A program made the position numbers and the translations under genes. DNA of 64,000 nucleotides, taken from contig NC_043009.1 of assembly GCF_006345805.1 (NCBI RefSeq), forward strand, positions 31,186,001 to 31,250,000, written 5' to 3'. Position 1 is the stretch's first letter. Each line of letters starts with the position of its first letter. A model generated the notes under the pieces. That model did no database searches, was not told the DNA's origin, and was given only the letters and a program-made list of their open reading frames with translations. This document shows positions 25,363 to 37,379 of this stretch, piece by piece. This stretch comes from Octopus sinensis (Eukaryota).

Positions 25363-25474
25363 ACAACAAACAAGATGAGGAAGATATATATCCGTCTATT
25401 GTAAATAACATACAGAATTCTTCATCCCCCAAAATACAGAATAAGGATATCAGTAACACTATTATTATTAATCC

Positions 25475-25905
25475 CTTCTAATCCAGGCACAAGGCCGGCA
25501 ATTTTGAGGGATTAGTCAATTACATCAACCCCACTTCTGAACTGATTCTTATTTAATCAATCCTGAAAGGGTAAAGAGTAAAGTTGGCCTTGGCAGGATT
25601 TGAACTCAGAACATAAAGATGAACAGAATGTTGCTAAGCCTTTTGCCTGACCTGCAAACGATTCAGCCAATTCACTGCCTTAGTAAATCTAATTATAATG
25701 ATATTGATTCCAAATTTTCATACAAAGCTAGCAAATTCGGGGGAGGGGCTAAGTCTATTACATCGACCCCAGTGTTTTACTGGTATTTATTTTATCGACC
25801 CCAGAAAGATGAAAGGCAAAGTCGATCTCGGCAGAATTTGAACTCAGAACGTAAAGACAGACAAAATGCCACTAAGCATGCTAACAATTCTGGCCACTCA
25901 CTGCC
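25475..25905 (-). mobile_element. two tandem SINE family A copies
   Basis: GATTTGAACTCAGAAC blocks at ~25598 and ~25836 with family A central domain and head. Confidence 0.75.
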
Positions 25906-26559
25906 TTTGGTAAATCCATTTCTGATAATATTAAGAATCATCGTTTCTGGTATAGGTGAAAGGTCAGAAAATTGAGACTGGAATAGTCAGTTTTATGACA
26001 CTGCACCACCTTAAGACATGAGCCCACAGAGCAGCTGTCTGCCGTCTCCACAGGCTCTGGGGCCTCACAGATTGATGAGATCCACAGGTTGTGGTGCTCA
26101 ATGAGAATTTATATATGCTTTGTTGTGTTTGTAGTGACCCTCACTGCATTGCTTTCTGAAGGGCCTATAATATTTTAAAGACAGCTCTGTATTTACTACC
26201 CCTTCCCTACCGACTTCATTTACTGGTTGATGCTTATTTGATCAAACTTAGAAGGAAGAGAAAGTCAGAGTCAACCCCAATGCAGTTTGAATCCAGGCCA
26301 TAGAAGAGCTTTTGTTGAATGCTCCAATGAATTTGTCAATTTTAATTACCATCATTTCACTGTTTACTTTGCCATGCTTGCATTAGTCAGATTTTCCAAG
26401 CCTTTCCTGTCTGCAACCCTCACCTGTTTCTAAGCAGAGGTAATATTTCCTTATGACCAGACATGTTTTCATAGAATGATTGACACTGCTTGTATAACAA
26501 TGAAACTCATTTACGACTGTCATGCAGTGACAGGACAAAGGTAGTCCCACACACACATA

Positions 26560-26715
26560 CAACAGGCTGTGTCAGTCTTCATCAACCATATCCATCCACA
26601 AATCTTTTGATGGACTGGGGCGATCTAGAGAACATTTGTCCAGGGTTCCATGCAGTGGGGTTGAACCTAAAACCATGTTGTTTGGAAGCAAACTCCTTAA
26701 CCACACAGCCAATCC
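26560..26715 (-). mobile_element. SINE family B, 5' half
   Basis: Reverse complement of GGCTGTGTGGTTAAGGAGTTTGCTTCC..CCCCACTGCATGGAACCCTGGACAAATG. Confidence 0.7.
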
Positions 26716-27539
26716 ATGTATTTGCACAACAGTAAAGAGAATAATAATGAAAAGAAAAAAACTTAGCCTTTTCCATGCTTGTAGAGGAGTGAGCAATCAA
26801 TTTAAATGAACTGGATAATTAGTCTAATGCTAAAGGGTCTACAAGTTAAACCAGAAATGAACACTACTAATAACTACAAGGCACTTTGAAACATTACACT
26901 TCTGATTTTGCTAGACACCATATTCTTCATCTTCTACTACTACTACTTATAATAATAAAAATAATAATAATAATAACAACAACAACAACAACAAGGTATC
27001 AAAATGTTTAAAATTTGGAGTTTGAATTAATTTTGTTTCCAAAACATATTTTTTGAACCCAATTATTTTTGTTTATTGAAATTCATTTTGTTGGAGGCGT
27101 GAATTTAATTTTTGACACTAAAATGTAAAGTTGAAACTTCAAAAAACGTTCAGGAAAAGTTTAGAAACTTATTAAATGCAAGTGAATTAATTAGTATTTG
27201 TATCAAAGGGATGAAACTCTAATAAGTGCCCATATGCATCTAGTGCACACACATGTACACCCATACACACACACACAGGTTTGTGGGTGCATATATATAA
27301 TATGAGTGTACATGTGTGTGATTGTGTGTCCATATAACTAAAAATGCATGAGTGTGTATAGAAATGAATATTCATATATGAATATGTATACACCCCAACA
27401 TATAAATGTGTTTGTGTGTGTGCCTGTATGTATATGTGTGTGTGTATGTGTGTATATGTGTATGTGTATAAATACATAATGATATGTGTGCACATATATA
27501 CATATAAATATTCATAACTATATATATCTGCATGTGTAT

Positions 27540-27559
27540 ATATATATATATATATACAT

Positions 27560-27598
<39 letters not shown>

Positions 27599-27829
27599 CA
27601 TATATATATACATACATATATGTGTATATGTATGTGTATATATATGTGGAGAGATAAATAAGAAGATTAAGATGTACCACTTATCTAACTTCTGACACTT
27701 TCTTCTTTCAAAGCCGATAAATAATTAATGAAAGGAAAATTATATACTTATTAATGATTTATGTGAGTTTTCACAAGAAACAGGAAATATGAGGATGATT
27801 ACATCTATCCAATCAACTATCTATCTATC

Positions 27830-27867
<38 letters not shown>

Positions 27868-27875
27868 ATATACAT

Positions 27876-27912
<37 letters not shown>

Positions 27913-28141
27913 CATATATATATACATACATATATGTGTATATGTATGTGTATATATATGTGGAGAGATAAATAAGAAGATTAAGATGTACCACTTATCT
28001 AACTTCTGACACTTTCTTCTTTCAAAGCCGATAAATAATTAATGAAAGGAAAATTATATACTTATTAATGATTTATGTGAGTTTTCACAAGAAACAGGAA
28101 ATATGAGGATGATTACATCTATCCAATCAACTATCTATCTA

Positions 28142-28165
<24 letters not shown>
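27540..28165. repeat. tandem direct duplication, ~314 bp unit
   Basis: The unique segment GTGGAGAGATAAATAAGAAGATTAAG..CCAATCAACTATC appears identical at 27646 and 27960. Confidence 0.9.
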
Positions 28166-28180
<15 letters not shown>

Positions 28181-28337
28181 ATCTATATATCTATCCATCT
28201 ATATATCTGTCTATCCATCTATCTGTCTATCTATCTTTCTATCTGTCTGTTTGCATATATTTATGTATTTTGGTGAAGGCAAGCGTATGAAAATATATAT
28301 TTATGAATATATGTACATATATATATGATATATATAT

Positions 28338-28432
28338 CCTCATCATCATCATCCTCATTTAGCGTCCGTTTTCCATGCTAGCATGGGTTGGACGGTTCAA
28401 CTGGGGTCTGGGGAGCCCGAAAGCTGCACCAA
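28338..28432 (-). mobile_element. RTE extreme 3' tail fragment
   Basis: TTTAGCGTCCGTTTTCCATGCTAGCATGGGTTGGACGGTTCAAC. Confidence 0.8.
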
Positions 28433-28505
28433 TATATATATATATATAATATACATGTGTATATACACATATAAATATGTATATATAATTATATGAACAT
28501 ATGTA

Positions 28506-28542
<37 letters not shown>

Positions 28543-29059
28543 TCACACATGAATGAGAGTATGTATATATGGATGATTGTGTGCATTGCTTGAGGCAGAA
28601 ATCACATTATTAGCCAACGAAATATAAGCTTCTAAAATATTCCTATAAAGTTTGCATAAAAATACACTGCCATACACATCTATACACACATGGTATTTAT
28701 ATAAATACATATGAGTGTATATAAATGTGTGCATAAATATATATATATGTGTTTATATTTTTATATGCATATGAATATCAACTCACGCGTATAGGTATGC
28801 ACACACACACACTTATATATATATCTACACATATACATGCATGCATATGTTTGTATACTACACTCAAATACATATGCATAGATATAACTAATGAGGGAAA
28901 ATGAACTCAATAGATGCAGTGGAGTATAGTTATTTGTTCAAAGGTGATATTCCATTGCATCACTATATGCAATGTGTTGCCATGTAGGATGCTTCATGCA
29001 ACTAAAAGATGATAGGGTAACAGATGAAGTGTTACTGCACTGATTCCAAATTGAACATG

Positions 29060-29712
29060 CAGTGATCTTTCTCCAGCTGTCTATTTAAGGCTATATGTGG
29101 TTATGGTGCAGCCACACTTGGAATTTGCATTACCAGTGTGGAACCCCTATCTTGCTCTGGACATTGACCTCCTGGAAACTGTTCAGAGATGTGCTACCAA
29201 GCGAATACCCTCCATCAGGCATTTACCGTACTCTGAAACCCTTGCTTCCCTGGGCATAGATACATTAAAGCTCTGATGTCTGGCAACTGACTTGGTGATA
29301 CCCACAAAATTATTGACCGTTGTACCAACAACCACCCTGAGCACCTTTTTTGAGCACTATGTGTCTAACACACATGGGCATGTCTACAAAGTCAGAAAAC
29401 AGCACAGTTCCCATGACTTTCGAAAACATTTTTTCACACTCAGAGTTGCTGAAGCATGGAACTAACTACCTGCATCAGTTGTTAGCTGCTGAGACATTGC
29501 ATCCCTTAAAACCTCCATTCTTCCTGAAATTCACCAACACTACACCTGATATCCCCACCTCCATACTCATGCACACATGTATATCCTGACTCATACACTG
29601 TTCACTTTCCTGACTTTTGTACGTAATTCTATGTACTGTACATGCACCTTTGATGAGTTGTAGTGCACCTGAGCACTATACACAATAATTTTATTATTAC
29701 TATTATTATTAT
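29060..29712 (+). mobile_element. CR1-like LINE 3' end (decayed ORF2 C-terminus with (TAT)n tail)
   Basis: Encodes LYVVMVQPHLEFALPVWNPYL..DIDLLETVQRCATKRIPSIRHLPYSE and HGHVYKV..FRKHFFTLRVAEAWN*LP, with stops and frameshifts. Confidence 0.85.
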
Positions 29713-30921
29713 TTTGTGTAATTGAATATCGATGGTTGCAGACCAAGTCAGCCTTCATGCTATTTATCTGTGTTTAAACATTACACAAGGTTTATAATAT
29801 TGTAGAAGAACAGTTCTGTGAGTCTTATATGGTTATACAAAATATAACCCTTTATATGTGTTTAGCCTTATTCTGTTTATTTCATTTCATTTTGTTTGTA
29901 TGTCTACATTCCATTATGTTTGTTTTCCTCCTTGTCCCTTGTCAGTTCATTACTCGTCTCATCTTAAATATTATTTTATTTGTATATTGTATACCAAATA
30001 TTTTTTCATGTTTGTATGTTCACTCCCTGTCATGTTTGGGTCCCCTGTTCTTTCCAGCTGCTTCTCATCACTGACATTACCAAAGTGAAGGAATATTATA
30101 ATTAAAGGTACGAAATGGCTGCTATCCTTTGGTCGATAACTCACGAGGATTTGACAGCATTCTGTGTATGTTTTTTGTTTGTTCTGTTTGTTTATGCTTA
30201 TATATAGTACGGGCTTTTTCAAGATGTATATATATGCATGTATGTATGTATGTATGTATGTATGTATGTATGTATGTATGTATGTATATTTATGTTTGTA
30301 TATCTATGTATCTATATCTATGTATGTATTGAATATTGTAAAAATTCAGCTGAGCATCACACTACATTTTTTTATCTTCCCAAGTGTATAAGTGCTAAGG
30401 ATTTCAATTACTAGTGTCTTCTTATTTTTTAGGGTTACGGTAGCAGTCAAATCACGAAAATAGGAGCGCAACCATTTCACTGAAAATAAAATATGTGGGT
30501 ATGTTTGTATAATAAAGTGATAGCAATGCATAATGGTTTTTTAAGAGATTCTAAAGAATTATTTTCACATATGGATAGTGTTTCCTTTAAATGGATGTCA
30601 AGTTTGGTTCTGGCTGTAATAATATTTTAATATCGGCAATATATTAGCGATATTTTGTCTAATTATTGGAATGGTATGATTTGGTGCTTAATTTTACGAG
30701 AGAATTATTAGGGATAAAAACTTTTATGTGTGATATATAGGGAATTAAAACATAATACATGATATTGACAATTACTTTGTGTTCATAAGGTGGATTTTAA
30801 ACAAAACAAATAATAATGATTGCTATTTTTTTATGAGGTAGAAATGACAGTGTTTTAGAGGTAGGGAATGGAATGAAGAGGGGCTGCTAGGCTTAGCTGT
30901 ATCAATATTTGTTTTCTGTAA

Positions 30922-31135
30922 GCAGCGAGCTGGCAGAAACATCAGCATGCCAGGTAAAATGCTTAGCGGTATTTCATGTCTTTATGTTCTGAGTTCAAAT
31001 TCCACCAAGGTCAACGTTGCCTTTCATCCTTTTGAGGTCAATAAATTAAATACCAGTTGCATGTTGGGGTTGATCTAATCGACTACCCCCATTCCCCCAA
31101 AATTTTGAGCCTTGTGCCTAGAGTGGAAAAGAATA
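30922..31135 (+). mobile_element. SINE family A, plus-strand copy
   Basis: GCGAGCTGGCAGAAAC..TTCTGAGTTCAAATTCC..GCCTTTCATCCTTTTGAGGTC. Confidence 0.8.
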
Positions 31136-31249
31136 TTTGTTTATGTGAACATTTACCCCATCTTCCCATCTCTTGTTCTCACCTGTTTTGAGATCAGGTA
31201 AAGTACACACATTCACACATGTATGTATGTATATGGGTGTATATGTAGA

Positions 31250-31410
31250 TGCTGGCATGGCTGTGTGGTAAGAAGCTTGCTCCCCAACCACATGGTCTTG
31301 GGTCCAATCCTATTATGTGGTAACTTGGGCACATGTCTTCTACTATAGCCCTCAGTTTGGCCAAAACCTTGTTAGTAGATTTGGTAGGCAGAAACTAAAA
31401 GTATCTGTAC
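31250..31410 (+). mobile_element. SINE family B, 5' half
   Basis: GGCATGGCTGTGTGGTAAGAAGCTTGC..AACTTGGGCACATGTCTTCTACTATAGCC. Confidence 0.75.
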
Positions 31411-31440
31411 ATACATATGTGTGTGTATGTGTCTGTATTC

Positions 31441-31508
<68 letters not shown>

Positions 31509-31541
31509 TATGTTGTCTCACATGAAATGTATTTTAAATGG

Positions 31542-31686
31542 GTTGACGTTAGGAAGGGCATCCAGCTGCAGAAACTCTGCCAAATGAAGATTGGAGCCTG
31601 GTGCAACCATCTGGTTCGCCAGCCCTCAGTCAAAATCGTCCAACCCATGCTAGCATGGAAAGCGGACGTTAAACGATGATAATGAT
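31542..31686 (+). mobile_element. RTE 3' tail fragment
   Basis: GTTAGGAAGGGCATCCAGCTG..CATGCTAGCATGGAAAGCGGACGTTAAACGATG. Confidence 0.85.
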
Positions 31687-32156
31687 GATATATATACATA
31701 TATATGAGGATGTGTCAGTAAACATATATGTGTGTGGGTGTGATATATGCATGTGTGTTAGTTTGTATGTTTTTTTGTGGGTGGGTTTGTGTATATGTGT
31801 GAGTGTGTGTGCACATATACATGTGTGTGTATCATATATTCAATCATATATATTTTGTTTTATCATATAGTCTTCAAAAGGTTTACATTATCTCTTTGTT
31901 AAATTTAAAAGTAAATTAAATTTATATTTGACCAAAATATGTTTATTAATTTGTGGTAGTACATTAAATATAGTTCTTGACAAATTATTTTATTTTAATA
32001 TTTTATTAATATTGAATCTATATTTTGCATCATCATCATCATTTAATGTCCATGTTTCCATGCTTCCATGGCTCAGACAGAATTCCTCAAGATGAATATT
32101 CTACATCTATATGCCCTTCCTGTCAACAACCATCACATATTTTCAAGCAACATATC

Positions 32157-32205
<49 letters not shown>

Positions 32206-32231
32206 GTGTCTATCTGTGTCTATCTTATGTC

Positions 32232-32455
32232 TTTACTGCCCAAATGGGCTACACAGGGAGGGGACAAACAAGGACAGGCAAAAGCATTAAGTCAATTACA
32301 TCGAGCCCAGTGTGTAACTGGTACTTGTTTAATCGACCCTGAAAAGATGAAAGGCAAAGTCGACCTCGGTGGAATTTGAACTCATAACGTAAAGACAAAC
32401 AAAATACCACTAAGCATTTCACCCACATGCTTATGTTTCTGCCAGCTCGCCACCT
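32232..32455 (-). mobile_element. SINE family A, full-length copy
   Basis: Matches 49-276 including the tail. Confidence 0.8.
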
Positions 32456-33317
32456 TCTATCTGTGTCTATCTGTCTGTCTGTCTTTCAGTCTGTGTGTCT
32501 ATCTGTCTATCTATCAATCTATCTCTCTATCTATTTATCTCTCTCTCTATCTATCTATCTGTCTGTCTATATCTGTGAGTACAGGACACCACAAATAGAC
32601 GTAGAACTCAACGAAAAACGGGGAATTTTCCTTGTATTGATGTCTTGTACTCTGTTTTTACGTTGTTAAAAAAAGACCGTTTCCATGTTTGTTTTTACGT
32701 TTTCGTTTCTCGTTGATTTGTGGTGTCCTATACTCACATATATATATATTTATATATGCATGTATATATACATGTAGATGTAGGTACGTACATATATGTT
32801 TGTATGTATGTATGCATATATTTTATTTATTAATTTATTGCATGACTGAGCGCCCTCGCGTCGTTTCGTTTCTTTTCTGTTCTCCAAGTAAGTTTTTATA
32901 TATAATTATGATGCGAAACTCTGTAACCCTTTGCTTGACCTTCCCTTCTTTCCTGCCTGTCTCTCTCCTTCTTATTTTTCACCATTTCTGGTTTCCTTTC
33001 CTCTCTATCTCTCTCTCTCCTCCTCATCTCTCACACAGCCGAGTCGACCAATTCCTTTCGCTGGCAGCTTCCAACAAGTGAACATGTTTTTTTCCTGCGC
33101 TCTTGAATTTTTCCATCGTCTAGGCTAAAAAAAGGCCCTCAAAGTTTGTTTCCTTGTCCTGTTTTTATTCGTCGTGGCGTTGTTTACTGTGAGTTGCTGT
33201 TTATTTATTGAGTGTTAATTTTATTGTTGAACGTTTTGTTGTACGGTCTTTTGGTGGTTGTCTGTCTGTGTTGAGACAGACAAGGAAGAAGTGGACTTCC
33301 CCTCCCTAACGGGAGAG

Positions 33318-34448
33318 ATGGCCAGGCGAAGTATGTTCGAAAGTGTGTCGGATTTATCGACTGCTGAAGAAGAGCTTGAGAAGGCAATAAAAAAGATGGA
33401 CAAACAATTAGGAAACACTTACGCAGGAGTGACAAAAAAAAAACGGAGAAAAAGAAATAGACTTGGCCAAACTGCCAAGCTACCGGGAATTCATTAAAAA
33501 GGACTGCGGTGAAGTGGAGTTGTCACCGCCACCAAAACGAAGAGAGTGGTATGAACGAAGGACCATCACATACCAGGTTTATTCCAATGGAAAGAAGAAA
33601 ATTGAAATAGTCAGTATGGAATTAATAGAAGAAGCACTGAAGAGAACGGAGGAAGATATAATATTCTTAGCAAGAGGCATGGATTTCGGTACTGGGGTGG
33701 TCCAGTTCAGGAACGAGAGTGTGGCGAAGAAAATGGCTGCCAGAGCGGTGAAGACAGAAAAGGTGTTCCTTCTGCCCTCATATCTGAATAGGAAAACTAC
33801 TCGGATAAGGGTGGAGGGAATACCCCCAAATGTTGATGGAGAATGGATAGTGGCAGCCATAATCAGCAGATGTGAGGAAGAGGTGGACATCCTCCATGCT
33901 ACTATGAGGGCTGGAGGGGTGCAATGCTGGATTTAAACGTGCAAGCGGAGGCTGAAACGTTGGAAAAATTAACGGAGAACATCAGAATGGGAGGTGTCAT
34001 TATGAGAGTGTGGGTGGAGGACAGAGCTCCACGCCGTTATAAGTGTGGCCTGAGAGGTCACATAAGAGCCTACTGCCCTCCCCCATCAAAGGAAATTGAT
34101 ATGGAACCTCAAAGAGAAGAAGTGGCCAAAGAAGAGGAACAGAAACCATCGGAGGAAGAAACAACGGAAGAGGAGGAGGTTCAAAAGGAATGGGAAGAAG
34201 GCAGAAAAAGGAGGAAGAGAAGAAGGAGAAAATTAAATAGTGTTGAACCCCAATCCACCCCAACACCACCCGCACCCTCTGCATCCCACCCTTCCCCTGC
34301 AGACAGTGAACCCACCCACTCCCCACCAACAAGAAAACAAAAAAAAAAGAAGCAAACAGTCAAGATACCACAAAAAAAAACTAGGCCCAATTTTTTAGGT
34401 ATTTCAAGGAGAAATGACATAAAAGAAATAATGAAGGACTACCAATGA
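33318..34448 (+). pseudogene. LINE ORF1/gag-like nucleic-acid-binding protein, two frameshifts
   Basis: Joined from track ORFs 33258-33497, 33463-33936 and 33924-34448. It has an RRM-like region (RRTITYQVY..TTRIRVEGIPP..W), a degenerate zinc knuckle RxKCGLRGHIRAYC (CX2CX4HX4C with the first C lost) and an acidic/basic low-complexity tail. Confidence 0.7.
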
Positions 34449-34960
34449 TGTAAAAAGGGCTGTAGTAGGTATGCGGTAATTTCGGAAGAGCGAATAGGTG
34501 AGTTCGTGGAAAGGTGCGAAAAGAAGAACTGTGAAATGTATAGAGTGGAAATAAATAACGAGACAAGAACGGAAATGGAAAAGAAATTCGAGAGGAAAAT
34601 AGTAAGCCAGGTGTATTACATTGAGGATAAAGTTTGAAGGACAGGTAAGTGATGCTAGTGGATGGGGCCGTTAGTATCACTTTCATCTATCATTTTCATA
34701 TTTCATTACCCATATTTATGTAATTGTGATGTTTTATGTCCCCAATGTTTGTATTGTCCCCTCTGTGTAGCCCTTTATGGGTAATAAAGAATCATGTCCT
34801 GTTTTTATTCTTTACTTGTGCTGTATTTTTTTGTATTTGTTTTTTTTATTTGTATTGTTTTTACGTCCTGTTTTTGTCACATTTTTTTCTTTCCTTGTTT
34901 TTACCCCTCTGCAAAGGAATTTTATTTAATTCTTTCGCAGGAAGAGTTAGTTCGACGAGT

Positions 34961-35023
34961 CGTGTTCTGTCCTTACCTTCGAAACACGCATGGAGTCAAA
35001 CTAGGGACAGCTGATGAAGGGGA
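34961..35023 (+). ncRNA. candidate non-circularly permuted hammerhead ribozyme
   Basis: CGUGU-U-CUGUCCUUA-CCUUC-GAAACACG..UAGGGACAG-CUGAUGA-AGGGG: 5 bp stem III, 9 bp stem I and a weak stem II, all cross-pairing. Hand-folded only. Confidence 0.55.
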
Positions 35024-35282
35024 ATCTTCCTTGTATTGTTTGTCTTCTACTCTGTTTTTTCGTTGTTAAAAAAAGTCCGTTTCCATGTTTGTTTTTACGT
35101 TTTTGTTTCTCGTTGAGTTCTACGTCTATTTGTGGTGTCCTGTACTCACATATATATATTTATATATGTATGTATGCATATATTTTATTTATTAATTTAT
35201 TGCATGACTGAGCGCCCTCGCGTCGTTTCGTTTCTTTTCTGTTCTCCAAGTAAGTTATATATATATATGTGTGTGTGTGTGT

Positions 35283-35550
35283 GGAGGTGCAATGGCCCAG
35301 TGGTTAGGGCAGTGGACTCGCGGTTTCGATTCCCAGACCGGGTGTTGTGTGTGTTTATTGAGCGAAAACACCGAAAAAGCTCCACGACGCTCCGGCAGTG
35401 GGGGGGTGATCCCTGCTGTACTCTTTCACCACTCCTCCTCTAAATCTTTCTTCCGTTGGCCTGCTCGCTTAGCCAGCGGGGTGGCGTCAGTTGAAGGCTA
35501 AAACAATGCGAACGCATTGTGACCAGCGATGTGTAGCTTCACTAAGGTGG
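35283..35550 (+). mobile_element. tRNA-derived SINE family C
   Basis: A-box TGGCCCAGTGG and B-box GGTTTCGATTCC in the head, a GC-rich body, and an end in (TAA)n. Only one copy in the window. Confidence 0.7.
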
Positions 35551-36029
35551 AGGTAATAATAATAATAATAATAAAAATATTAATAATAATAACAACAATC
35601 ATTTCTACTATTGGTACAAGGCCTGAACCTTTGAGAGGAGGTGGGTAGTTGATTGCGTATACACGACTGGTACTTATTATTTCAACCTGAAAATATAAAA
35701 GGCAGAAATCAAATTCTGAACAAATCTTACCAAAGTCAGTGATAAAAGACTGAATTGACCGCAAATCTACCCTGTACCTATTAAGTACAAATTGTCCTTT
35801 AATCAAAGCCACGAGGAAAAAGAGAGACAAATAGAAACCTTGTGATATTTGAACTTAAAACATCAATAAATGCCACCACATTCTGTAAAATATAAACCCT
35901 TTTCCAGTTTTTACCATTCCACTGGTCTTCATTGCCTCTATATTCATTATTAACCATTGCTAGAAGCCATCAAAGTGCCTTCTATGTGGTTCACTGACCA
36001 GCAAGAAATAGTAAGATATACTTTTCTTC

Positions 36030-36236
36030 TCTAGGCACAAGTCCCAAAATTTTTAGGGAGGGAGCTAGTTGATTAGATCGACCCCAGTATGCAACAGGTA
36101 CTTAATTTATTGACCCCCAAAAGGATGAAAGGCAAAGTCGACCTCAGCAGAATGTGAACTCAGAACATAAAGACAGACGAAGTACTGCTAAGCATTTCAC
36201 ACAGTGTGCTAATGTTTCTGCCAGCTCGCCACCTTG
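36030..36236 (-). mobile_element. SINE family A copy
   Basis: AAAGGATGAAAGGCAAAGTCGACCTC..GAACTCAGAAC..CTGCCAGCTCGCC. Confidence 0.85.
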
Positions 36237-36264
36237 AGAAATAGTAAGATATAGATAAAGGCAT

Positions 36265-36620
36265 GGTTGTGGGGTTAACAAGTTTGTTTTGCATTCATGA
36301 AGTTTCAGGTTCAATCCCTCTGCAGGAAACCTTGTCTTCTAGAACAGGCATTAGCCAAGCAATGCCTTTTGAGTGAATTTGGGAGATGGAAACTGTGGAA
36401 GCCTGTCGAATATGTGTGTGTGTGTGTGTGTTCCTGTTTGTCCCCACCCACCACCAGTGCTTTACAACTGATGTCTGTTTGTTTACATCCCTGTAACTTA
36501 GCAGATTGGCAAAAGCGATGGAAAATAAAATCATAAGTACTGGAGTTGATTTATTTGATGAAACCCTTCAAAGTGTTGCTCCAGCATGGTTGCAGTCCAA
36601 TGACTGATAAAGTAAAAGAA
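36265..36620 (+). mobile_element. SINE family B, diverged full copy
   Basis: Head, internal (TG)n and tail GTTGCTCCAGCATGG are all present. Confidence 0.7.
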
Positions 36621-37347
36621 TAACGTATAATAGATAAGATAAATATAGGAAGGCAAGATGGAATGGTCGCATCTGGAATGTCTTTGATCTTAATTCTACA
36701 GACCAAGGGTTGATATATATAGGTTACACAACAACAACTTTCATTTATGTAAGCCATCATAGTGGCGCAGGGTCTACATCTATGATTACGGTCAATTGAA
36801 TTTATTCAAATACATGTTTCATCCATATTGTATTGACATCTAGAAGTCAAGAACCAAATTAAACACCAGCCAAGTTTGATCACAGAATGCAAGGGGAGTT
36901 GAAATGAAATACTATAAAGTGTTTAGACAGACTCAGCCGTCTGCGGCTCTTGAATTACCAAAAGACATCATCATAGATACAAGACAGACCAAACTTTAGC
37001 AAGACTTGATTATAAGGAAGACTTGGTATTCATACTTGCATAACAGCCAAGTTAGCCGGTTCGTTTGGGAGGAAATTGAATTTTCAAATTGTTCAAATGT
37101 ACACCATAAATATTGTATAAGAAGTCAATATCTAAATTTAATAAAACTTATAAATGGAGTTAAAGATTTAGACTACATGACTGCAAGAAATATGTAGCTG
37201 GACAAATTAAATCATAATTAGGTGTTTTCCTCTACTTCCTCTTCGTCTTCTTCTTTGAATCTAATATTATACAAGGAGGATGAAGATCAGCCAAACCTTT
37301 CAATTTTAATTCATTCAGTATCAACACACACACACACACAAACATGC

Positions 37348-37379
<32 letters not shown>

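Larger units (their letters stand above)
24771..25446 (+). mobile_element. Penelope-like element 3' remnant with inverted 5' partial terminal repeat
   Basis: 24771-24900 is the inverted copy of 25278-25407. 24900-25097 encodes GIANLIWQNGDHLQLWNEVKLIDREHHRKI*KLKEVLHTLGHNNLLSR..IW, resembling the PLE GIY-YIG C-terminus. Flanks ATATCAGTACA and ATATCAGTAACA look like a target duplication. Confidence 0.75.
32574..35256 (+). mobile_element. non-autonomous retroelement with ~240-270 bp direct terminal repeats, a short inverted 5' piece and a gag/ORF1-like cargo
   Basis: 32620-32893 matches 35019-35256. 32574-32620 is the reverse complement of part of the same repeat (~35098-35150). There is no RT sequence inside. 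Confidence 0.7.

Noticed and set aside
32620-35256. LTR retrotransposon interpretation of the direct repeats
   Set aside because: The repeats lack TG..CA ends, there is no PBS/PPT or pol, the left repeat is 5'-truncated and it is preceded by an inverted piece. That fits Penelope-style repeats better.
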